The position numbers and the translations under genes were made by a program. From NCBI GenBank assembly GCA_046290225.1, contig JBKAGE010000070.1, positions 160,001-224,000 on the forward strand: a stretch of 64,000 nucleotides of DNA, in the 5' to 3' direction. The notes beneath the pieces are model-generated. The model was not told the origin of the DNA, did no database searches, and saw only the letters and a program-made list of their open reading frames with translations. Below, one piece after another: positions 30,431 through 39,900 of the stretch. The stretch is from Bradymonadia bacterium. Its GTDB lineage: Bacteria; Myxococcota_A; Bradymonadia; UBA7976; UBA1532. Each line of letters starts with the position of its first letter. The first letter of the stretch is position 1.

Positions 30431-33400
30431 TCATCGCACCTGAAGCGACATCCACCCCACCATCAACCCTCGCAGCCCGGCGGCGAGAGCCGAGAGCCCC
30501 CCAGCGACCTCCACACCAGTGCGTAGATCCCACACGGTCGGCGGCTCGTCGCTGATCTCACGTACGACGACAGCCTCGTCATCGGGCTCAGTGTCAGTGG
30601 CTTCCCTCACCAGGAAATCCCATGTGCCCGATTCACCCGTGATGCGGTGTAGACCCATCTCGCCTCTGAGGCACGTGGCCGCAGACACACCCATCACATG
30701 GATCGCCTTCTCGTGCGGATGGGTGATCTCGTGACCTTCACCATGGGCCCACGCCTGAAGACCCTCGATGTATTGCGTGCAGTCAGTCTGCGCTTCGGGA
30801 TGCAACGCGATGACTTCCAATGTGATCTCATCCTGTCGCGGCAGCGCCGCGAGGCAGAGGGACCATTCGAGCGTCATCAATGATGACATCATCTCCTGTG
30901 CACCGCTGACATCGACCTCAGATGCCTCGCCCAGTCGATCCACGACAGCGCTCAAGGCATTCAACTCATCGAGCAGCGGTGAGCCACTCGACCGGAAGCC
31001 GCGGATCAACGCGCTCTCCATCCAACCCTGTAGACGACCACGCACTGCCACGAGATGCCGGCGCCACAGATGCTCATGGGTGAGCACGGGCTCGGTGAGG
31101 CGCAGCGCCTGGCTGCCCACAGCACCGCTGCGATCGCCCACAGCCTTGTCGGTGACCACCTCGACGCGGCCATCGTGCACGTACAATTCGAAGGCGTCGC
31201 CTTGTACGCCCTGACGCAAGGCCAGCCGGCGAGACAATGGGATCAACAGACGCTGCTCGATGGCCCGCTTCATCGGGCGAGCCCCATAGCGGGGGTCGAA
31301 GCCGTGCACCATGAGCAGATCGAGCACAGCATCGTCGTAGGTCACCGTGATCTCACGCCGGGTGAGCCCCTCGCGCTTGAGGGCCTTGTCGAGCATGAGG
31401 CGGGCGATGTGGGCCACTGAGGGGGCGTCGAGGCTGCCGAAGGGTACGAGGTGATCGATGCGGTTGAGGAACTCGGGCCGGAAGAACGCCCGGGCGGCTT
31501 CGAGGTAGCGACCATCATCCCCCCCATCGCCAGTGTTGATGCCGATGGCGCGCTTCTTCGTGGCCCCGAGGTTGCTCGTGAGGATCACGATGGCGTGGCG
31601 CAGCGAGGCGGTACGCCCTGTGCCGTCGGTGATGCGGCCTTCGCCAAGGGCCTGGAGCAGCAAGTCGAAGACCCCTGGCTCAGCTTTCTCCACCTCGTCG
31701 AGCAACAACACGCAGAAGGGCTGCTCTCGCAGCTTTCGGGTCAGCTCCCCTTCCCCGCGGGCACCTCCGACGAGTCGGGCGGCGCTGCCAGGGTAGCCGT
31801 ATTCGCTCATGTCGAAGCGCACGAGCCGATCGCGATCGCCGAACAGATACTCGGCGAGGGTGAGGGCCGACTCGGTCTTCCCCACCCCTGTGGGTCCGGC
31901 GAAGAGGAACGAGCCCAGCGGCTTTTGCGGATCGTTGAGCCCCGCCTTGATGACCGAGACCAGGTGCACCATACGGTCGATGACCAGGGGCTGACCGATG
32001 ATCCGCTCGGTGAAGAAGGCCTTCAGGCTCTCAAGATCGAGCAACGCATCAGGATCGACGAGGCCCTTGGGAAACCCGCTCGACCGGGCAAAGGCCTCGA
32101 CGGCGTCTGTTGGCTGTAGTGTCTCCTGACCCAGGCGGGCCATCTGCTCGATGAGGCTCAGCCCCGATCCAGGCAAGCCGCCGATGTCACCGAAACGGGC
32201 GAGCAAATCGAGCGCCCGGGCCAGGGCGGCCTCGGTGAAGGTGGTTTTGTGGGCCTTGGAGAGCACATCGGCCCGATGAGACAGGATCTTGTATGCCCCG
32301 TCAGCGCTCAACGCAGGCAATGTCTGACGTCGCAGGGCCGCCATGAAGGCAGGGTCGAGCTGCTCCGCGAGCACCAGCGTGTCGGGAGTGCATTCCGCGA
32401 GCACGGTGAGCTCACCGGATCGGATGAAGGGAGTGAGGCAGGCGGCGACGGTCATCCCCCCCTGACTGCCGGCCATCATCAACTCGAGGGGGTTGTCGAC
32501 GTACAGCACGCCCAGACGGGACTGCACCGCCCGGATGACCTGCAGGCAACGCTCCTGCCACTCACCGAGGTATTGCATGCCAGCGACGATGCGGCTGCCG
32601 GTGACGTGCCACACGGGCACCTCGGTGAGGGGCCCAGGTACGTTGAGATCACGGGCGATACGATGACACGCCTCGTGGATCACCGCGGTCTTGCCCGAGC
32701 CTGATGGGCCCACGAGGACCATGCTCCGAGGCCGGCCGCCGCCGAGAGTGCCCAGCAGCTGATCTACAGCGTCGTCCCGCAGTTGGGCGCGGGGCAGTCG
32801 ATCATGGCGGGCCTCTTCGGTGAGATCGATGCCCACCTCTGCCAGGGCCTGCTCGTCACTGCGACCCCAGAAGAAGCCAAAGGGAGAATCATCGCCCTCA
32901 TCGTTGCCTTGCCGCGTGCCCTTCAGTCGGTTCTTGCGAGATCTCTTGCTGCCCCCCCGGAGCACCTTGCCGGAGAAGTTCACGTCGAGGGGCTCGATGC
33001 GCTCGCCCCGCTCGTACTGATAGCTGAGCAGCTCGTCCACGGGATCGAGGTGGAAGAAGTCCCGCACCACCTCCTCGGCCCAGGGCACGATGTTCTCGCG
33101 GCCCACGATGCGGAACTGAATGCCGAGGCGGGGCAACGAGATCTCGAAGGTCTCCGGAGCCCCGGGTGGCAGATCTTCTGGATCGATGGGGCGCTCGAGC
33201 ATGGTCAGCCGCATGGGCACGGTGATGAGGCGGCCCTGCTGCACCGCCCGCAGCTCCACCTCGAGAGCCCGGCGAACCAGCTTGGGGAACGCGAACACAC
33301 CGCGGGCGGCGATACGACCTTCGGCGAGCTCGTGGGAGAGCACCTCGGCGAGCTGGGCCTTCACGGCGTTGAGATCAGGGCCGAAGGCGGCGTACTCCCG

Positions 33401-33472
33401 GTGGGTGAGCACCACGGCGGTGAACCAGTCATTGCGGTGCTGCCGAATGAAGAGCTGAAACTGTTGCTGCAT
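30431..33472 (-). CDS. ClpA/ClpB-like double AAA+ ATPase, paralogue C, with release-factor-like C-terminal domain
   Basis: GPSGSGKT and GPTGVGKT Walker A; LLLDEVEKA; FRPEFLNRID; YGARP. Start MQQQF overlaps the upstream stop (TGATG). Confidence 0.9.
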   Translation of the reverse strand: MQQQFQLFIRQHRNDWFTAVVLTHREYAAFGPDLNAVKAQLAEVLSHELAEGRIAARGVFAFPKLVRRALEVELRAVQQGRLITVPMRLTMLERPIDPEDLPPGAPETFEISLPRLGIQFRIVGRENIVPWAEEVVRDFFHLDPVDELLSYQYERGERIEPLDVNFSGKVLRGGSKRSRKNRLKGTRQGNDEGDDSPFGFFWGRSDEQALAEVGIDLTEEARHDRLPRAQLRDDAVDQLLGTLGGGRPRSMVLVGPSGSGKTAVIHEACHRIARDLNVPGPLTEVPVWHVTGSRIVAGMQYLGEWQERCLQVIRAVQSRLGVLYVDNPLELMMAGSQGGMTVAACLTPFIRSGELTVLAECTPDTLVLAEQLDPAFMAALRRQTLPALSADGAYKILSHRADVLSKAHKTTFTEAALARALDLLARFGDIGGLPGSGLSLIEQMARLGQETLQPTDAVEAFARSSGFPKGLVDPDALLDLESLKAFFTERIIGQPLVIDRMVHLVSVIKAGLNDPQKPLGSFLFAGPTGVGKTESALTLAEYLFGDRDRLVRFDMSEYGYPGSAARLVGGARGEGELTRKLREQPFCVLLLDEVEKAEPGVFDLLLQALGEGRITDGTGRTASLRHAIVILTSNLGATKKRAIGINTGDGGDDGRYLEAARAFFRPEFLNRIDHLVPFGSLDAPSVAHIARLMLDKALKREGLTRREITVTYDDAVLDLLMVHGFDPRYGARPMKRAIEQRLLIPLSRRLALRQGVQGDAFELYVHDGRVEVVTDKAVGDRSGAVGSQALRLTEPVLTHEHLWRRHLVAVRGRLQGWMESALIRGFRSSGSPLLDELNALSAVVDRLGEASEVDVSGAQEMMSSLMTLEWSLCLAALPRQDEITLEVIALHPEAQTDCTQYIEGLQAWAHGEGHEITHPHEKAIHVMGVSAATCLRGEMGLHRITGESGTWDFLVREATDTEPDDEAVVVREISDEPPTVWDLRTGVEVAGGLSALAAGLRGLMVGWMSLQVR

Positions 33473-36400
33473 CACGCCCCCTCCCGGGCCAGGGCCCACA
33501 GCCTGCGCCGCACAATGCTGCTCAACGCGGCGGGCTCGCCCATCGGCTGACCGGTGAGCGGATCGACGGCGTCGGCGGTGTAGCGCCGACAGATGGACAG
33601 CCGCGGTCGCGGGTGCTCGCTCACGTCTTGCCCGGCCCGGCGCGCGTCCCGCCACGTATCCCACGCCGTGTCGAGGGCGTTGAGCTGTGTCGAGGCCTCG
33701 GGCCAGAAACACGCCATGGCATCGCCATCATGGATGGCGACGACCTCGACCCGGGCGAGGAAGATGTGCAGATCAGGCCCTGAGTATTTCAGCTGCACAT
33801 GAAAGCCGAGATCAGTGGCCATCACCTCGGCCATGCCCTTGCCTCGGACCCACAGGGCCGCTCCAGTGACCCCCTTGCGCTGATAGTTGTCGTGGCCACT
33901 CTGGAAGCGCTCACCATCACCTCGACCCCAACCCTTCCCTTCGACCTTGAGGCATCCCTGTACCGAAGTGGCGAGACCGGACCATGCATCTCGCAGCCCC
34001 TCGGCCACCTGCAGAGTCCACGCGGCGGACTGCGGATCTTCCGTGGCGGGGAGCAGCCGTACGAGGTAGCCCCGCTCCGCCTCGTCGGCGACGTCGATCT
34101 GCCACCGCAGCAGGCTGTGAGACAGCTCGAGCGCGTCTAGGGCCTGCAAGGCCCGCTCGAAGAGCAGGCGGTTGCGATCGACGGCCACGGGCATCTCGAT
34201 GTCCGCGGCGATGGGTTTGTTGTGGGTGGGGTTGTCGTTGCGCAACAGACGATTCGACAAGCCCCGATTCTGATCGTCGATGACGTTGACGAAGTCGTAG
34301 CGCGACAACCACGCCTCGGCGAAGTCGTCTACTTGCTGGGTCAGGTCACCGACCTCTCGCAGGCTGAAGCTCAGGCTCTCGAGCTCCGCGAGGGCCTCGA
34401 CGCTCAAGGCGGGCCCTTCCCCAGTCTCGGCGCGGTTGTACTGCTCGAGCAACGCGCCGCGGCGGGTGAGCTGTCGCTGATGCCATTCGTCGGCCCCGAT
34501 GGCGGCGACGAAGCCCACGAGCTGTTGATGACGCAGCTCGAGCTCGGGCCAGCGCTCGATGGTGTAGTCGGGCAACGCCTCTGCCTGGGGCTCGTCGAGG
34601 GCCCAGACTTCCATACCAATGGCCTCACCTTCGCGGTACAGCTCCACGAGGGTGGTGCGGTTCGAGGGCTGGGCCACCAGGTGAGCCGCAAGAGGTACCG
34701 TGAGACGCTGCTCGAGGGCTCGCTTGAGCGAGCGGGCGCCATAGCGAGGGTCGAAGCCCTGATCGATGAGCAGCTCGACGAGGGCGGGCTCCACGGTGAC
34801 CCTCACTCCGCTCCGGCGCAGGCCACGGCGGTTGATGATCTGCAGCAATGTGCGCTGCACCAGCGGGCCCATGTCGTCACGGTTGAGCGTACGAAAGGGC
34901 ACCACCCGGTCGATCCGGTTGAAGAACTCGGGGCGGAAGAAGCCCTCGGCGGCCTTGCGGTAGTGGATCGCCTCCTGAGCGACGCCGTCGCCGGGGGTGC
35001 TGAACCCCAATGGGCTCTGCGCACCTCGAACCCCGAGGTTGGAGGTCATGATCAAGATGGTGTTGCTGAAGTCGGTGGTGCGGCCCGCGGCGTTGGTGAG
35101 CCGGCCCTCGCCAAAGACCTGCAAGAAGGCGTCGAAGACCTGCGGGTGGGCCTTCTCGATCTCGTCGAAGAGCACCACGCTGAAGGGCTGCCGCGCCACC
35201 TGACGGGTGAGCTCGCCTTCGGGCTGCCAGCGATCACCAAACAGCCGCGACATGGCCATGGGGCTCTGGAACTCGCTCATGTCGAAACGCACGAGGCGGT
35301 CGCTGGTGCCGAAGAGGTACTCCGCGAGGGCTTTGGCAGTCTCGGTCTTGCCCACCCCCGTGGGCCCCACGAAGAGCAGGGTGGCCAGTGGGCGCTGAGG
35401 ATCATTGATGCCCTGTTGCATCAACGTGACCACCTCGGTGGCGGTGGTGCTCGCCGCCTGCTGTCCCACGATGCGCTCGCTGAAGTGGGCCTGCACCTCT
35501 CGGGCCTTGGGGGCCCGGCCCGCCCAGAGCACGAAGTCGGGCAGACCGGTCTCTCGAGCGTAGAAGCTCACCAGGGTCTTCTCTCCGAGCACCCGGCGGC
35601 CCCGCTCGTTCCTCGGGGCGAGCTTGCCATGATGGGCGCCGGCGAAGCGGGTCATCAAATCGACGGCCTTACCGGGGTGACACTGATGGGGGGCGAAGCG
35701 GCGGGTGAGGGCCAGCACCCCCTCGAGGACCTCGGGGGTGATGGTGATCGCCTGCTCGGCTTCGAGGTTGCGCACGGTGCCCACGAGCACACCGAGGGTG
35801 TCTCGCTCGTCCATGGGAGGCACCTGGATGATGTGCAACCGGGCGAAGAAGCCCGGGGCCTCCCGGCGGGTGGCCTCAAGGCGAGCGGGGGTGCACTCTC
35901 CGAGCAGCCGGATCTCCCCCTGGGCGAGGTGGGGCTCCAGGAAGCTGGCCACGTGGGTGTCGGACTTCGCCGAGCGCCCGGTGAAGACCAGGGTGGGCAG
36001 ATCATCCACGTACAAGATGTCCTGCCGGGCGGAGAGCTCGTGCACCATGGCCTGCACCCGAGCCTCCCAGGCCCCCACCACGCTCATGCCGGCGATGATG
36101 CGGTTGCCGTCTACAGCCCAGAGATCAGTTCGCTGCTCGATGGGCAGCTCGAGGGCGGCGAGGCGTCGGGCCACCTCGTGCACGATGGCGGTCTTCCCGC
36201 AGCCCCTGGGGCCCACGAGCAACACCCCACGGCCGGGGCGCTCGAGCTGCTCCATCACCTGCTGCACGATGGCGTCGCGGCCGAAGGCGCGGTTCAAACG
36301 GCCGTCTTTTGCCCGGTGGATCAGGTTGGCCCCCACGGTCTTGAGGGTCACCGGAGGCACGAGGCGCCGCTTCTCTTTGGGCTTGAGGGTCTTCTTCTTG

Positions 36401-36972
36401 CCCTTGGGGCCTTTCTTCTTGGGCTTTTTCTTCTTCTTTTTGAGCGGCGTCTCCGGGAGCACCGTGGGCAGCTCTGCCTCCACCTCGAGGATCTCGAGGT
36501 GGCTGGCCCCCTCCACCATGACGCTGTCGAGGTCGTAGAGATCGAGTCGATGGCGGGCGAGCCAGTCCATCAAGTGACGCTCGAGGGCCACCTTGAGGGT
36601 GGCGGTGCTCTCCACGGCGAAGGCGTCGAGGCCACCGCGCAGGTGCGGCACGCGGGCCACGTAGAGCGACTCTTTGGGCCACCGGGTGAGCACCACGTCG
36701 AACCAGCCCACCCACTCTTCGGGGCCATGCACGCGCTTGTCGGGGGTCAGGTGCACCTTCACCCGCCGCAGCTGGATGTCGGGGCACAAGGCATAACGCC
36801 ACATGCGGGCGGCGTCCTCCTGGGGCACCGTCTCCATCAGGTGCAGGGCCACGTCGTCGAGCAGCTCTGCGAGGCTGGTGCCCCGAAACACCCGAGTCGA
36901 GATGCCCGGCAGCCTGATCTCGGCCATCTCACGCTTGTCGATGGTGACCATCACCGGTACGGGCAGAATCAT
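33472..36972 (-). CDS. ClpA/ClpB-like double AAA+ ATPase, paralogue B
   Basis: GPRGCGKT, GPTGVGKT, LFDEIEKAHP, FRPEFFNRID; Lys-rich linker; ATGA overlap with the upstream gene. Confidence 0.9.
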   Translation of the reverse strand: MILPVPVMVTIDKREMAEIRLPGISTRVFRGTSLAELLDDVALHLMETVPQEDAARMWRYALCPDIQLRRVKVHLTPDKRVHGPEEWVGWFDVVLTRWPKESLYVARVPHLRGGLDAFAVESTATLKVALERHLMDWLARHRLDLYDLDSVMVEGASHLEILEVEAELPTVLPETPLKKKKKKPKKKGPKGKKKTLKPKEKRRLVPPVTLKTVGANLIHRAKDGRLNRAFGRDAIVQQVMEQLERPGRGVLLVGPRGCGKTAIVHEVARRLAALELPIEQRTDLWAVDGNRIIAGMSVVGAWEARVQAMVHELSARQDILYVDDLPTLVFTGRSAKSDTHVASFLEPHLAQGEIRLLGECTPARLEATRREAPGFFARLHIIQVPPMDERDTLGVLVGTVRNLEAEQAITITPEVLEGVLALTRRFAPHQCHPGKAVDLMTRFAGAHHGKLAPRNERGRRVLGEKTLVSFYARETGLPDFVLWAGRAPKAREVQAHFSERIVGQQAASTTATEVVTLMQQGINDPQRPLATLLFVGPTGVGKTETAKALAEYLFGTSDRLVRFDMSEFQSPMAMSRLFGDRWQPEGELTRQVARQPFSVVLFDEIEKAHPQVFDAFLQVFGEGRLTNAAGRTTDFSNTILIMTSNLGVRGAQSPLGFSTPGDGVAQEAIHYRKAAEGFFRPEFFNRIDRVVPFRTLNRDDMGPLVQRTLLQIINRRGLRRSGVRVTVEPALVELLIDQGFDPRYGARSLKRALEQRLTVPLAAHLVAQPSNRTTLVELYREGEAIGMEVWALDEPQAEALPDYTIERWPELELRHQQLVGFVAAIGADEWHQRQLTRRGALLEQYNRAETGEGPALSVEALAELESLSFSLREVGDLTQQVDDFAEAWLSRYDFVNVIDDQNRGLSNRLLRNDNPTHNKPIAADIEMPVAVDRNRLLFERALQALDALELSHSLLRWQIDVADEAERGYLVRLLPATEDPQSAAWTLQVAEGLRDAWSGLATSVQGCLKVEGKGWGRGDGERFQSGHDNYQRKGVTGAALWVRGKGMAEVMATDLGFHVQLKYSGPDLHIFLARVEVVAIHDGDAMACFWPEASTQLNALDTAWDTWRDARRAGQDVSEHPRPRLSICRRYTADAVDPLTGQPMGEPAALSSIVRRRLWALAREGA

Positions 36973-39900
36973 GCCTGACCCTCCTCATACTCGATGGTGG
37001 GCGCCTGTCGTTTGAAGAGCGGGTGAGCCCCATGGCCAAAGACCACCTCATAGACGGTGGCTTGCAAGGCCCGGTGCCACAAACGATGCAGCCGAGGCTC
37101 GTAGGCCTGCTGTAGATCGATGGCCACGTCGTCGATGATCCACCGCGCCTCGTTGATCACCCGCCGTCGCGCCGAAGGCCACAAGGTGTCGAGCCGCCGG
37201 TGCTCGATGATGCCCTTTTGATCGGTGTAGAGCACCTGGGCCCCAGCGGGCTTGCCATGATCGCGGATCCAGTCGTGGGCCCCAGTCTCAGCGCTGAGCA
37301 GACACACGTGGGGCCCGGTGATCTTGATGGCGATGGGGCGCCGACCGTCACCGTCGATCATGTGTTTGACCCATTGCTCCATCTGACGGTGCTGTTGCCG
37401 GGTGAGCTCGGCGTCGTCCACAGGGATCGAGGGGCCCTCGAAGCTCTTGGGGTGAGTCCAGATCAGTGGGGCCTTGTCTTTGCTCGCCTCGAGGGCCTCA
37501 GCCTCTTCTCGGGCGCGGATCTGCGCCTCGGTCTCGGCCTCTTCGCCCTGCTCTTCCCTGGCGTGCTCCTCAGCCTTCGCGCGCTTTTTGGCCTTGGCTT
37601 TCTGGCGTCGGGTGAGCTGTGGTGCCTCCTTTGGGGGCGTCCAGTGCGGATCGACGTCGAGCACGTAGCCCTTCAGCGTCCAGCCGAAACGCGCCGCCAG
37701 GCGCAGGTAGATGCCGAGCAGTTTGGCCACCAGCGGCCACTCCCCCTTGGCCCCTTTGAGATACAGCACCCCAGCCTCGGGGCTGTCGAAGCGACGGTCG
37801 TACAGGTCGAGCTCCAGGGCATCGAGCTGCTCAATGGTCTCTCTGAGCTCCGGTGCCAGCAGCGCCACCCCATCAGCGCGCCGATCGTAGAGCTGCTCGT
37901 AGGCGAGCTCTTCGAGGGCCTCAATGCGGCCAGTGAGCGTGTCGAACCCCGCGAGCACCACCCGATCGGGCTCGAGCCCCCTGGTCAAAGCGTTGGCCCG
38001 CTCGGTGTCAGTCCAGAAATGCTTCTCTTGTGAGAGGCGATCCATGAGCCGCAGGTGCCGACGGCGACTCTCGGCGAGGGGGCTCTTGCGCCACCGAAGC
38101 ACCTGATCTCGGATGATGCCGATCTCGCCGACGAGGCCCAACAGCGCCTTGCGCACGCCGGCCTCAGAAGCCGCCTTGCTGCTGTCAGCCCTGCTGAAGG
38201 CCAGGCGCTCGCTGTCTTCTTCGTCGATCTGCACCTGAATGAGCTGATGCTCCACGGCGCCCTGCTCGGAGAGGGTACGGGCCAGAGGCGCAGTGAGCCG
38301 CTGCTCGATGAGACGCTTGAGCGGTCGAGCGCCATAACGGGGCTCCACCCCACGCTCGGCGAGCCACTGCTTCACCGCCTCGGGCACGTCGATGACCACG
38401 CCACGCTGCCGCAGCCCCTCTCGCCGGGCGAGCTTCACCAGCTCTCGCTCGGTGATGCGATCGATGGCCGGCGCCTCAAGGGGGTTGAAGGGCACCACGT
38501 GATCGATGCGGTTGAACAGCTCGGGGCGGAAGAACCGCTCGGCCTCGCTGCGGAAGTGAGCCTCGAAGTTGGCCCGAGTGGCTTCGGCGCCGCCAAAGCC
38601 CAGCCCTCCCTTGAAGGTCTCCACTCCGAGGTTGCTGGTCATGATGACCACGGCGTTGCAGAAGCTCGCCGTACGCCCTGCGGCGTCGGTGAGGCGGGCC
38701 TCGCCGAGCAGCTGCAACAGCACATCGAAGACCGCAGGGTGAGCCTTCTCGATCTCGTCGAGCAACAGCACGCAGAAGGGCTGCTGCCTGATCTCGCTGA
38801 TGAGACGGCCTTCCTCGTCGCCGGCGCCGATGAACCGGTGCACGCTGCTCGGCGCGGCGAACTCGCTCATGTCAAAGCGCACCATGCGATCGTCGCTGCC
38901 GAACAGGCACTCCGCGAGGGCCTTAGCGGTCTCTGTCTTGCCCACACCTGTGGGGCCCACGAAGAGGAACGAGCCCAGAGGCTTGTTCAGATCGGAAAGC
39001 CCCGCCTTCATCACTGCCACGAGATCAGCCATGCGTCGCACAGCACCGCTCTGGCCGATGATGCGCTGCCGGAACAGCCGCAGAATCTCCTCGGTGTCGA
39101 GGGGCAAATCGTCGCGGATCAAGAACTCGGGCATGCCCGTCTCGACGCAGAACCGGGTCACCACCTCGCCACGGCCGAGAGTGACGGAGGGCAGCTCGAT
39201 CTTGCCCTCGGCGTCGGGCACCACCTCTGCAGCCCGGCGGCCGTCGGCCTCGTCCACGAGGCGCCTCAGGAAATGCAGCGCTGTACCCAGGGCGCTGGCG
39301 TCGCCACGGAACCGTGCACAGAGGCCTTCGATGGCCGAGAGCCCCGGGGCGCTCACGGTGATGTCGTAGTCACGGGCCAGCTCTGCGGCCACAGCTTCGA
39401 GGATCCGCCGCGCCGCAGCAGGCTCGGGCTCCTCGAGCTGCCACGGGGAAAACATGCGGGCGAAGCCGGCGTCGCGCAGCTCCAGCTTCGTCCAGGACTG
39501 TGGGGTGCACTCCCCCACGAGGGTGATGCGACCTCCGGCGAGGTGAGGCTTGAGCATCAGGGCCACGTTCTGATCGGAGTGGGCCGACCGCCCGGCATCG
39601 AGCAAAGCCAGCGGATCGCCCACGTACCAGATGACCTCGGCGTCGCTGCACTCTTGCAAGATGTCGAGGCACTGCTGCTGCCAGCCCCCGAACCCTCCTT
39701 CACCGGCAATGAGGCGGCTGGCGTCGACGAACCACACCGGACGCGTGCGGATCTTCGCAGGGGTCTTCTTACGCACGATGCGCTGTACGAGGGCGTTGAG
39801 CACCGCGGTCTTACCCACCCCTGAGGGGCCCACCACCACAACAGAGGTGCCCCCGGCGGCGGTGAGGCGGCGGAACAGGTCTTCCACCTCATCAGTACGG

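Noticed and set aside
34222..36978. 918-aa plus-strand ORF, and similar ORFs at 6544-8385, 11528-13108, 38055-39824 and 43413-45089
   Set aside because: Antisense shadows of well-supported genes, expected in high-GC3 DNA; no recognisable motifs.
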